From positions 138-64,137 of IMG/VR virus record IMGVR_UViG_2667527381_000001: a stretch of 64,000 bases of DNA; one strand, given 5' to 3'. Positions 29,843 through 39,696 of the stretch are shown here, one piece after another. The notes beneath the pieces are model-generated. The model did not search any database, was not told the origin of the DNA, and worked only from the letters and a program-made list of their open reading frames with translations. Made by a program: the position numbers and the translations under genes. This DNA comes from a virus (taxonomy: Duplodnaviria > Caudoviricetes). Every line of letters starts with the position of its first letter. The stretch's first letter is position 1.

Positions 29843-30520
29843 TTAGGAAGCTTTGCCTTTACGACGTCCTCTAATGACGTTTACCTGAGCGTCCTTTGTG
29901 ATGTCCCTGACTGCAAAGTGTTTGGCTGTTTTCCAAAGTGCGCCCAGTTGTGATAAAAAATAGTCTTTACCCATAAGTAGTCCCAAATTATCGCTCAAGT
30001 CAGAGCAAACAGCATGACCCCGGTCCTTCTTGAAGTTAAATATATGATGAAAAAGCCCTGAGATTGTGTCGAACGAGCCATCTTTTAAAATTGCGTTTAA
30101 GTCGAGGCATAACGCGGTTTTTGTGTAAAGTCTGAAAGTCTTGCCGTCTGAAAACGAGTCAAATAATAGAAGCTCAGACCCCCCGCCATATCTCCATTTT
30201 GTAAGTTTCTCTACTTCATCGACGAAAGATGCAAAATTCTTTGCCGAGAATCCCCACGGCTCGTTGTTTACTGTTGCAACTGGTTCAGCTTCAGGGTCAT
30301 ATGCGGAATATCCAGCACAGAGGAAATAAGCATGAGTCCCTGACGAATGATGGTACTGATCTAGCATCGGAACTATTTCTGATTTTGAAATTTGTTCCTG
30401 CGGTGGTGCAAATAAAAGTCCAACTAAGAAAAAATTCTGATCTTGTCCGAGACGATTCTTGGTCGCTGTCTGCTCTCCTAAATATTCTTGTAGTTTCGAA
30501 AGATTGTTGGCGGGCACCAT
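29843..30520 (-). CDS. Hypothetical protein downstream of the R-M gene
   Basis: 225-aa ORF with AGGAG RBS. Confidence 0.7.
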   Translation of the reverse strand: MVPANNLSKLQEYLGEQTATKNRLGQDQNFFLVGLLFAPPQEQISKSEIVPMLDQYHHSSGTHAYFLCAGYSAYDPEAEPVATVNNEPWGFSAKNFASFVDEVEKLTKWRYGGGSELLLFDSFSDGKTFRLYTKTALCLDLNAILKDGSFDTISGLFHHIFNFKKDRGHAVCSDLSDNLGLLMGKDYFLSQLGALWKTAKHFAVRDITKDAQVNVIRGRRKGKAS

Positions 30521-30704
30521 AGGCGACTCCTTAAATTATGGTATTGGTTAGACTTGCCAAAATGAAAACGATGTAACAGAAATGAACCCGATCAGAAGTC
30601 TGCTCAAGTCCTAATTCGCATGCGGCGCAATAATACTCTGTTCGATGCGAGCGACTCCCAACAGATGCCTGACTCCAAACTTAAGCGCGAGAAAGCAGAT
30701 ATGT

Positions 30705-33452
30705 TCAGGCTGTTTTCGTTTTGTCTTGCTCTTTTTCGATATAGTAAGCATACAAGCTTAGTAAATGACTGATCCTATGGTCATCATCTTTGAATTCCCC
30801 TTTTATGTAACATCTTTCAATTGCTTTATCGAGATTCATGTGGGCCTTGGACAACCTTGGAGGCATTAAGTCTGGGTCGTACAAATTTTCGAAAGTGTTC
30901 TCAGATAGGAGAGTTTTACGGATAGATAGAAGATTATTAACTGCTTCAATGACAGCATCCTTTGTTTTTTGATTGATATTCAAAGGCAGTGGAAAGCTAT
31001 TATAGACTATTTCTATTGAGTACTGGAGTCGGTGTTCAAGGGTGCCACCAATTATTCGAAGCCAAAGAGTGTGCATATATGACGAAAGAATGCCGAATAA
31101 ATATTGGTCATTAGACTGAAGTGCAATGCATGTGTTGTGAAGTATGTCAGATTTTTTCTGAAAGCTAATCGGTACATATTTTCTTCTTTCAGATGAAACC
31201 TTGAATAAAAGCATATAGTCTGATTTCGGTTGGCGAATTTCTGCAAAAAGAGTTGGATTTTCTGCCATTTTTTTTGTTTGGGCCCGATCGCTTTTTAGGC
31301 GCTCGGATCTGACGGCTGCTATCCTTTTCTTCAACTCGGGGATGTCTTTTAGGTCTGAAGGCTTCGCATTTTCCAGCCAGATACACCAAATAGGAATGTT
31401 GCGCAGGTATTCTTTAGTGCTTATGAAACGTCGAATGTACTTTTCAATTCTTTTGTCGGATGCAAGAAGATTTTTCTTTTCTTTATCAGAAAGTATATAT
31501 TGGCCGCCGTCTATCGGTGTATTGCCGTAAATCATCTTTGGAGTGCCGCAAAGTGGTGATTTCCGTTTCTCAACATATATATCGTTGCCTTCTATCAAAT
31601 ATGGGCTGATGCTTTCAACTTCATTTCGAATATGATCATTAGTGGCTTCGTCGAATTTGAACAGTAATTGCGGAGTAAGAACGGTCTTGCTAAATCCGAT
31701 GATTACGACACCAACACCTGCTTTCCCTCGCCCTTCATTTGTCCATTTAAAGCTTTGGTAAGCAAAATTTATCTTAATTTTCTCTTCATTTAGAATGGAC
31801 CATAGGAGACTGACTTGTTCTCCTTTTGATACAGAGTTTGTAGCCACAAAGGCGCATCGGATGTTATGATTTGATTCGATGTATCTAGCTGCTTTAATAA
31901 ACCAGCAGCAAACGTAATCGAGGTTCTTGTGTCCTTCGTTTTTTCCCAGGACTTTATTCATGTCTGCTTGTTGACTCTTACTTCTCTCCTTCTTTCCGAC
32001 AAAAGGAGGGTTTCCAACAATAAAGCTTATTTTGCTTGCAGGTGCAAAAGACTCCCACTCAACATCCAATGCATTGATTACTTTAATGCTCGCTGATTTT
32101 TTTAAAGGAATACGATGTAGAAGTTCGCCCAGTTCTTGCGAAAGATGAATATTCATCTGGTGATCTACGATCCATAGAGCAACTTGCGAGACCTTAGCCG
32201 CAAATTCTAGTATTTCAAATCCAAGCATTGAATCAACGTCAATTCCAGGATAGCCTGAATCCAAAATTACAGTATGTTTTTCACCGAGTGTCTTTTTTAG
32301 TTCAATATGTATGTCAGTTTCTAAGAGTCGAAGCTCCCTATATGTTATGACTAAAAAGTTTCCACATCCGCAAGCGGGGTCAAGGACCTTGATTTTTCGT
32401 ATTTTTTCAAGTAGCTGTTTTAGTTTCTCTTCTTGTCTACGGCATATTTCAAATTCTTTTCGAAAATTCTCAATGATCAAAGGATTGATCACTTTGAGTA
32501 TGTTTCGTTCTGATGTATAGTGGGCTCCGAGATCACGACGGCTTTCCGGGTCTAAGGCTGACTGAAACATAGATCCAAAGATTGCAGGAGAAATTCTTTC
32601 CCAGTTAAATTTGCAGCACTTAAGGAGCAGTTCTCGTGATTCAGACGAAAATGCTGGAATCTTTATGCGATCGCGAAATAGCTCGCCATTAACATAGGGG
32701 AATTTGCAAAGGTCTTCATCAAGATTCAATTGCCTATTGTTCTGAGGCGTATCTAGAGTATCAAAAATGTTGATGATTTGTGACCCGAGATCGGATCCGT
32801 CTTTTCTTGTCTTGGTTTCGAGATAGTAAGTGAAGTGATCTTTTGTTTCAAAAATTCCAGTGTCGTCTGCAAAAAGGCAAAACATCAACCGAGCAAGAAA
32901 GACCTCAAGATCTGTTCCTTTGTAACCACCCTTCCATAGACTGTCGCGAAGCTGGCCCATGAGTTCAGCTGCCTTGATATTTGCCTCTTCAGAGTGCTCA
33001 AAGTTTTGTCTTTTATGTCCGAGTATGAAAGAAAAAAGGTGAATGTGCTTATGTAGATCTTTTAGGTCAAAAAGAATTGGTTCGCTGGAACCTTCCAAAT
33101 CATGAAATGCAAATCTTTTAAAATCAGAGACAAGTATATATTGGGGTAATTCCTCTTCGGTTAAGCCTTCAAAGTATTCGATTGCTTGATCAAAAGCCTT
33201 TTTAAGGTCTCTGCCAGATGACTTTTGCTCAACAAGTAGAGTTCCTGGCCAAAAGAGATCAATGTATCCAGATTTATTGTTTATCTTTTTTACATGGAAT
33301 TCGAAGGTTGCTACTCGTCTTCTCGATATTCCAAATATTGCAAAGAAATCATTCCAAAAGCTTTGTGACTCACCGCGCTCGGCATTACAGTTTTTCCACT
33401 CTTTAGAAAACGCTACTGCTCTTTTACGAATCTCATTCCAGCTAAGCGTCAA
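30705..33452 (-). CDS. MmeI-like type IIL restriction-modification enzyme (fused endonuclease, N6-adenine MTase, TRD)
   Basis: MTLSWNEIRKRAVAFSKEW, GYIDLFWPGTLLVEQKS, LGAHYTS, VLDPACGCGNFL, IVGNPPF, LYDPDLMP. Confidence 0.92.
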   Translation of the reverse strand: MTLSWNEIRKRAVAFSKEWKNCNAERGESQSFWNDFFAIFGISRRRVATFEFHVKKINNKSGYIDLFWPGTLLVEQKSSGRDLKKAFDQAIEYFEGLTEEELPQYILVSDFKRFAFHDLEGSSEPILFDLKDLHKHIHLFSFILGHKRQNFEHSEEANIKAAELMGQLRDSLWKGGYKGTDLEVFLARLMFCLFADDTGIFETKDHFTYYLETKTRKDGSDLGSQIINIFDTLDTPQNNRQLNLDEDLCKFPYVNGELFRDRIKIPAFSSESRELLLKCCKFNWERISPAIFGSMFQSALDPESRRDLGAHYTSERNILKVINPLIIENFRKEFEICRRQEEKLKQLLEKIRKIKVLDPACGCGNFLVITYRELRLLETDIHIELKKTLGEKHTVILDSGYPGIDVDSMLGFEILEFAAKVSQVALWIVDHQMNIHLSQELGELLHRIPLKKSASIKVINALDVEWESFAPASKISFIVGNPPFVGKKERSKSQQADMNKVLGKNEGHKNLDYVCCWFIKAARYIESNHNIRCAFVATNSVSKGEQVSLLWSILNEEKIKINFAYQSFKWTNEGRGKAGVGVVIIGFSKTVLTPQLLFKFDEATNDHIRNEVESISPYLIEGNDIYVEKRKSPLCGTPKMIYGNTPIDGGQYILSDKEKKNLLASDKRIEKYIRRFISTKEYLRNIPIWCIWLENAKPSDLKDIPELKKRIAAVRSERLKSDRAQTKKMAENPTLFAEIRQPKSDYMLLFKVSSERRKYVPISFQKKSDILHNTCIALQSNDQYLFGILSSYMHTLWLRIIGGTLEHRLQYSIEIVYNSFPLPLNINQKTKDAVIEAVNNLLSIRKTLLSENTFENLYDPDLMPPRLSKAHMNLDKAIERCYIKGEFKDDDHRISHLLSLYAYYIEKEQDKTKTA

Positions 33453-33774
33453 AGCACAATCCTCGATAAGAAATTACTTTGATAAGGTGTCGGAACAAGC
33501 TGGATAAATTGAAGGTTTTGTTCTTGGACGGGTATTAATAATTAATGATTATATGAGCCGTATTAAGCAGTTGTATAAAAGCGTCAGGTAATTTCTCTGT
33601 TTTGTCGAGCGCGAGACAAAGGGATAAGATTAACGTCGATTTATTATTGCTAGATAGGCATTCAGAAAAAATTATGAGTTTAGATCATACAGAAGCACTT
33701 TTCCGACGTTGAATAGTTATCCTCGCTAGTAAGTAAGTGCATGGAGCCCTTTTCTGCCAGGGAATAGAAGTTAA

Positions 33775-33930
33775 GGGTCCTTCTAGAGCTCATAGGTTCA
33801 ATGGTTGACGATCAACCACCCCCTCCCGCTCGGTTTGATAAAAATTTTGCGTCACCGGCACCACTTAGATCTGTGAAAAGCGGACCCCATAGGGCCTTCA
33901 TAGAAACCCCTGGTAAATCGATGGACACTG
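33775..33930 (+). other. cos-like packaging-region copy 1 (orphan, no downstream terminase)
   Basis: GGGTCCT at 33775; 63 bp (33804..33866) identical to 43274..43336; CCCTGGTAAAT..TGGACACT shared. Confidence 0.6.
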
Positions 33931-33999
33931 AGTGTAACCATTGGGTGCTCCGAACCCAAAGAGAATGCCCTTTCCCCCTTCCGGCCGAGCATGACGGCA

Positions 34000-34188
34000 G
34001 GCGAAAAGCGCGAGGATGGTCATGCCGTTCTCGTATGCGGCTACGACGACACGAAAGAGGCCCTTATCATCCGCAACAGCTGAGGCGAGGACTGGGGTGA
34101 GGATTGGGGTGAGCAGGGCTATGGCTATCTTCCATACCGCTTTATCGAAGAACCAAAGCTTTCCGGAGATTTCTGGGCGATCCGCTGA
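34000..34188 (+). pseudogene. 3' remnant of the C1A peptidase
   Basis: Homologous to 12772..12948; lacks the catalytic Cys region; in-frame TGA at 34081 in a duplicated WGED unit. Confidence 0.85.
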
Positions 34189-34200
34189 ATTGGGGTCAGC

Positions 34201-34911
34201 ATGCTGATCATAGATGTGATTGACGACGATCGCTCCCCCAACTGGTCAGCGGCTGAGTTGATTGAGGAGGTAAAGCGCCTGCAGAAGGCGCTGAACCAGA
34301 CCGCTGACAAGGCCGCATCCAGGGTGAGAGCCGACCTTCCCCAGCGGTTCACAATGCGAAACCAGTGGACGAGAAAAGGCATCCGGGCGGACCTGGCTTC
34401 GGGCGATGACCTTGAGGCCCGTGTCTTCTCGGTTGACGGCTACATGGTCAAGCAGCAGGACGGCGAAACGTGGAAGCCTGATGGCCATGTCGCAATCCCC
34501 AAGACGGCAAGGCGTTCTGCCAAGTCCCTCATTCCGCGAGGCATGTTCCCCAATGCCCTACGCGGCCGCAAGGATGTTTTCAAGTTTGACTTTTCGCAGA
34601 ACCCTTCCTGGAAGCCTTATCCTCATGTCGGGATTTTCCAGCGGGTAATGAACGGCAAGCATTTTCGCATCCTCTATCTGCTCAAGGACCAGAAGAATAC
34701 GAAACCCCTCTGGCATTTTGATGATCAGGTGGAGGCCACGGTGGATCATTGTTTCGATCGTTATCATGACGAATTGGCATCAACTAGCGATGCACAATTC
34801 TTCTCAACACGCCGGCTGCTTCTGCTGCCTCGTCCATTGAATAGTCATGTTCGAGAATTAGGACAATCGCAGGTTGACTACGATGCTCCAGCTCTTCCGA
34901 TTTGCCTTTAG
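34201..34911 (+). CDS. gpZ-like phage protein copy B with non-homologous C-terminal extension
   Basis: Highly similar to 12960..13541 over ~190 aa, then diverges. Confidence 0.6.
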   Translation: MLIIDVIDDDRSPNWSAAELIEEVKRLQKALNQTADKAASRVRADLPQRFTMRNQWTRKGIRADLASGDDLEARVFSVDGYMVKQQDGETWKPDGHVAIPKTARRSAKSLIPRGMFPNALRGRKDVFKFDFSQNPSWKPYPHVGIFQRVMNGKHFRILYLLKDQKNTKPLWHFDDQVEATVDHCFDRYHDELASTSDAQFFSTRRLLLLPRPLNSHVRELGQSQVDYDAPALPICL

Positions 34912-35400
34912 GTCCTCATTATTCGCCCTCGATCATTGAGGTTGAATCAACTATATATACTTCTTGCGAGAGAAACGCTTTGGGTCATAACTTAATCGAC
35001 GGTAAAAAAATAGGGGCCGCTGCCGCGATTCCCTCATCCGACTCTCTATCTAAGTCAATTACGAATTCATGCTGATATCAGCGTCCCTAGACTCCTTTGA
35101 AGTGTAATCCATTCCTTCGGATCCTGCATGGATTGAATCAGACTTCAAATCGTCATGATCAGCTAAACCGATTTTAGAGGTTGCACTGGATGGCGTTAGG
35201 TAAGCGTGCGAATGCAACATTATTCGCGGTCATTTTTTAATCAAGATCCTATATTTTTGTCTGCACCGTAGAACATACGATTAAAGAAACCGCTAATTTA
35301 ATAAAGGTTTGAATTTTTCAACTCAAGTTTTCTTCACTTCAATATCGATTGATGTCTGCTACAAAACTTGAATCACATTATCTCTATAAAGGAAAATACG

Positions 35401-36144
35401 ATGAAGAAGCTGCTAGTTAGTGCTGCGTTGCTGTTCACATTTTCGAGTTCAATTTTTGCGCAAGGAGAAGAGCTCCGCGGAGGTGGAGTCACCGCTCCCT
35501 CAATAAGCGACAAAGACAATTGGGAGAATTCTTTCAAAGGCGACATCATTCTTGATACCAGTGACAATAACTTCTATGGGCTAGATAACACCGGAACGTG
35601 GAGGAATATTTCTGCAGTTTCGACTGAAGCTAGCCCTAGTACCTCTGGATATGTAACTAATACAGACCAGACATTTGGTGGTAACAAGACATTTAATGGC
35701 TCAATCACTCCTGCTGGCGGAATAGTAGGAAAAACTGATGGTGCGCCCATTGCACAAGGCCTTATTGGAGAGAAAAAGACTGCCACGCTTTCAGATACTA
35801 CATTTGCAGCGACTGGGACTGGGTTCAATGTTACCGGTGGCAGCATTACTCTTACTCCTGGAGTGTGGATGGCATTTCTAAAACTGGGAGCCGCTCCTCC
35901 GTCGTCGACGTGGACCCTATTCCAACAGTCTATCAGCACAATCAGCGCCACGTTACAAACGCCCTCTCTAACAAGGGACCAGTCAACCGGAGTAACCAAT
36001 GCAAGATTCCCTGGAACATCCGTTGCATATTTCAATGTTTCTTCCGATACAACAATTTATGCTGTTGCTAGTGCTGACTATACAGGAACAGCTGGCAATG
36101 TAGCCTCTGCGCACTCCCAGTTCTTTGCAATCCGCATCCAATAA
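35401..36144 (+). CDS. Secreted tail-fibre-like protein, paralog 1
   Basis: Signal peptide; EELRG; QTFGGNKTFNGSITPAGGIVGKTDG; ends FFAIRIQ. Confidence 0.75.
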   Translation: MKKLLVSAALLFTFSSSIFAQGEELRGGGVTAPSISDKDNWENSFKGDIILDTSDNNFYGLDNTGTWRNISAVSTEASPSTSGYVTNTDQTFGGNKTFNGSITPAGGIVGKTDGAPIAQGLIGEKKTATLSDTTFAATGTGFNVTGGSITLTPGVWMAFLKLGAAPPSSTWTLFQQSISTISATLQTPSLTRDQSTGVTNARFPGTSVAYFNVSSDTTIYAVASADYTGTAGNVASAHSQFFAIRIQ

Positions 36145-36225
36145 TGCACAAAATTAGCGACGCAATCCAGCGTCCCCACTGTCTATTATGAAATTTGGAT
36201 CATATTTCTCAATAAAGGAAATACC

Positions 36226-37020
36226 GTGAGAAAGGTGCTGTTTAGTGCTGTGTTGCCATTCATATTTTCCGGTTCAATTTTAGCGCAAGACGAAGAGCTT
36301 CGTGGAACGGGCTTTAATGCTCCCACGGTAACTGATACTGAAGGAGTTGCCAATCCTGCTCAGGGTGAGATCGTCTTTGTACCCTCAGGAGCGAATACGG
36401 GTGCTTTTTATGGATATGCTGGTGCAACTGACCTATGGCATAACCTCTCGGCAGCTTCCACTCCTGCAGGTCCTAGTACTTCAGGGATCGTAACTGACGG
36501 AACAACTGGGGCTCAAACTTTTGGTGGCGACAAGGTATTTAACGGATCAATTACTCCCGCTGGTGGCATCGTGGGTAAGACTGATGGTGTACCTGTAGCG
36601 CAAGGTTATGTGGGTGAAACTCTAGCCGCAACACTCGGATCAGTACAAACTTCGACTTCGAGTAGCCCTGTAGCAATATCCGGTTTGAGCTTAAACCTTA
36701 CGGCAGGTAACTGGCTTGTGTTTGCTATGGGGACTCAGGACTTTACATCATTTAGTACCGGCGGTTCAACACAAGGATACGCGGAGATATATAACTCCAC
36801 AGATGGGGTTACGCTGGCTAATCAATCAAGCCACATTTTTATTGGCGTAAGTCCGGGTTCTGTGGGAGACTCTCAGTACGGCTCTTTTAGTATCATTCAT
36901 CCTCTCATTATCGGCTCGGGTACTAAAACGATTGTTTTGCGTCACGCAGTTGCAGGGTCAGGTTCTAACACCATCCGCACTTACCAGAATACGCGTCTAC
37001 TCGCAGTTCGCATTCAATAA
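36226..37020 (+). CDS. Secreted tail-fibre-like protein, paralog 2
   Basis: Same N-terminal and stalk motifs; ends LLAVRIQ. Confidence 0.75.
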   Translation: MRKVLFSAVLPFIFSGSILAQDEELRGTGFNAPTVTDTEGVANPAQGEIVFVPSGANTGAFYGYAGATDLWHNLSAASTPAGPSTSGIVTDGTTGAQTFGGDKVFNGSITPAGGIVGKTDGVPVAQGYVGETLAATLGSVQTSTSSSPVAISGLSLNLTAGNWLVFAMGTQDFTSFSTGGSTQGYAEIYNSTDGVTLANQSSHIFIGVSPGSVGDSQYGSFSIIHPLIIGSGTKTIVLRHAVAGSGSNTIRTYQNTRLLAVRIQ

Positions 37021-37102
37021 TCCACTCGTAAGCCAATAGGGATCGCGATAGCGCCCCCTCCTCAGTTTGTTACAAGAAAGAGTCACATTATAAGGAAATA
37101 CT

Positions 37103-37846
37103 ATGAAAAATTTGTTATTAAGTGCTGCATTGATGTGTTTCCTGTCGATGACAGGATTTTCTAATGAGCCGTTGCGTGGTGGTGTGTTCAATGCACCAAC
37201 AGTAGATGGAACTTCAAGTGTAGACTGGCCAGTCCTCGGTGATATAATTTTTGATGATTCCGGGTCTGCCTTTTACGGGTATGACGGGACGCAGTGGATT
37301 AACCTTGGGGCGTCTGCGACTCCCGCAAGTCCTACGACCCCTGGTATTGTTACGGCTGGACCTAGCTTGCAAGAGTTTGCAGGTCCGAAATCATTTCTGG
37401 ACACAACCACAGGAACAAAAATCGCTCACTTCGAGCAGAGTTCTGCTTTGGCGACTAGTGATGAAAGAGGGCTGGTTGCTCCAAGAATGGGGCAAGTTAA
37501 CTTCACTGTAACAGGAACAGGTTGGACGACCACGCGTGCAGTTGGCATTTATTACCAAGACCAAGACGGCAACCTTCGCCTAAAATTTAACCTTAGTGGA
37601 ACTATCTCAGGCCAAGCAAACAGCAACGTTGTGGCGCTTACGGTATCCGGCATTACAGGCGTCAACAGCAAGTAGGCTGTAGCTGTACACAACAATAATG
37701 CACAGACGTCCGGAACCTCCATAGCGGCTTTAAGTGCGTCGAGCGGGGTTATCGAAATTCTGCTTAGCTCTGTAGTGTCCATAAACACCACTTGGTCAGT
37801 CTCGGGGGACATTGAACTGGCAAGTAAACCCACGTGGACCCCATAA
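37103..37846 (+). pseudogene. Secreted tail-fibre-like paralog 3 interrupted by an amber stop
   Basis: TAG at 37673..37675; the frame stays open for 56 more codons to ...SGDIELASKPTWTP-TAA. Confidence 0.7.
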
Positions 37847-37883
37847 CCAAATTGAATCACATTATCTCAATAAGGAGAATACG

Positions 37884-38696
37884 ATGAGAAATTTGCTGAT
37901 TAGTACTACGTTGCTGTTCACATTTTCCGGTTCAGTTTTTGCGCAAAGCGAAGAGTTTCGAGGAGCAGGATTTAATGCTCCAACTGTCAGCGGTACGGAA
38001 AGTGTTTTGGATCCTGTCAAAGGTGAGATTATTTTCGATGGATCCCCTGGATCAGAAGCATTCTATGGGTATATAGGGTCAAACACATGGCACAACTTTT
38101 CAGCAGCTACTGTTCCAGCAGGGCCTACCACTTCAGGAATCGTAACTCATGGCGCCGACAGTACTACTCAAACGTTTGGTGGCAATAAGATTTTTAATGG
38201 CTCGATTACCCCAGCAGGTGGCATTGTGGGTAAGAATGACGGTGTTCCTATTGAAGAGGGATACGTAGGACAGAAAATCACGTGGGAAACTCCGCCGTCA
38301 ACGCAATCGTTTGGCACAAGCACTTCTGATTGGGCTAATGCTTCAATCACATTGACTCCTGGTGTATGGCTGGTTATTGCTAATATTGGTGCTCGGGTAT
38401 CAACAGCAGCGGCAACTGGTGCGACTTCTCAAATCAACGTATCTATCACGGATGGTCTAGACAACATCGTACAAGAGCAAGCCAAAGCGCTTTATGTTTA
38501 TAGTCCGTCCGCTGCTGCTGCGGATATTATTAGCTGTTTGTCATTTTCTTTTGTTGCAAATATTCCTTCGAGTTCGCCTTCCACAACATACAAGATAAGG
38601 GCGAATAAGTCTGAGAGTGGAGGTACGGCAAGTGCCAGCATTTACCGTAATGGCGCAAACATCAATAGTGAATTCTTCGCCGTCCGCATTATCTGA
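37884..38696 (+). CDS. Secreted tail-fibre-like protein, paralog 4
   Basis: AAGGAG RBS; same motifs; ends FFAVRII. Confidence 0.75.
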   Translation: MRNLLISTTLLFTFSGSVFAQSEEFRGAGFNAPTVSGTESVLDPVKGEIIFDGSPGSEAFYGYIGSNTWHNFSAATVPAGPTTSGIVTHGADSTTQTFGGNKIFNGSITPAGGIVGKNDGVPIEEGYVGQKITWETPPSTQSFGTSTSDWANASITLTPGVWLVIANIGARVSTAAATGATSQINVSITDGLDNIVQEQAKALYVYSPSAAAADIISCLSFSFVANIPSSSPSTTYKIRANKSESGGTASASIYRNGANINSEFFAVRII

Positions 38697-38711
38697 CTCG
38701 TATCGACAATC

Positions 38712-38733
38712 TGGGACGCAATCAAGCGTCCCA
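38712..38733 (+). terminator. Hairpin after paralog 4 (related hairpin at 36159..36174)
   Basis: TGGGACGC-aatcaa-GCGTCCCA; no U-tract. Confidence 0.4.
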
Positions 38734-38985
38734 CTGCTTCAGAATATGATCCCTCTCTGATCTCCCTATTGTTTAACCGCAAAGTCTAACAAAAATCGTT
38801 CAAACTGAATGGACCGGATTTAAGCCCTGAGCAACGGCGTGGGATCGGTCTAAGTCCGGAAGGCATGCCGCAGGCAAATGAGAGTATGAAGTCTGAACGG
38901 AGTCACACGACGGCTGCGCTGGCACTAAAAATCTAAGATAACAAGTATTTATCTCCGCAAGAAAACCTACCTGCATCAGGATTGA

Positions 38986-39615
38986 TTATGTTTGAGATTG
39001 AAGCATAGCCAAAAATTCACTAAATGATTTCGCTATGAGTGTGCAGTTTCTTACCGGGCTTTTTGCTTCTTCAGGATCGTCAAAGTCCACCTCATTTTCA
39101 TGATCCCAATAGACCACATATCCAAAGGCCAGATTATTCAAAAGCATTGCAATCTGGTTTCCCCCTGCATCGCTTCCAATAGCTATCAGATAGTCCGGCA
39201 TTCGTCTTTGATTGATATGATAGGTTTGATAAGAACTTTGGATATCCGCCCAATTTGGTGCTCCAAATCCGTAAAAGGTCTCTATGCCCTCTTCAACCAT
39301 CTTGCCTTGGTTGTTGCCCTTGAAGACCATCGCGGAATCTAGTGTTCCACCGTTGGATTCCAGAATAAAAGCCCGATAATCATCAGGGAATCGGAAGCCG
39401 ATTTTCCTCTCAAAGGACTCCAATTCCTGGGGTGTGCATGAACCCCACTCTACGCTATTCTTCACGCATTGTACGTCCTCAGCCACCACAGTCCTATCAT
39501 GAACAATCTGGATGGCTGCAGTAATAAACAATGGAACGCCAACTGCCAGGAGCGGCATTAGCGTAGTTAGATATAGCTTGTGCAGGATCGATGAACTTTT
39601 GGCTTTCTCCGTCAA
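38986..39615 (-). CDS. SMI1/KNR4 family immunity protein, copy B (start may be GTG 39465)
   Basis: Near-identical to 18633..19127 from EWGSCTPQE onward. Confidence 0.88.
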   Translation of the reverse strand: MTEKAKSSSILHKLYLTTLMPLLAVGVPLFITAAIQIVHDRTVVAEDVQCVKNSVEWGSCTPQELESFERKIGFRFPDDYRAFILESNGGTLDSAMVFKGNNQGKMVEEGIETFYGFGAPNWADIQSSYQTYHINQRRMPDYLIAIGSDAGGNQIAMLLNNLAFGYVVYWDHENEVDFDDPEEAKSPVRNCTLIAKSFSEFLAMLQSQT

Positions 39616-39696
39616 TTAGACTCCTGATTGCAGGCTGACAATGCCAAGCGGGAAGTAAGAGTGGCTCTTGTCTCTAAGGGAACGGAATAAACAAAA

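Noticed and set aside
35401-38696. Shufflon-type tip switching among the fibre paralogs
   Set aside because: All copies are co-oriented full genes with their own starts; no inverted sfx-like sites or dedicated invertase
18633-39615. Diversity-generating retroelement (template/variable repeat pairs)
   Set aside because: No reverse transcriptase in the window, and differences between the duplicated copies are not adenine-specific
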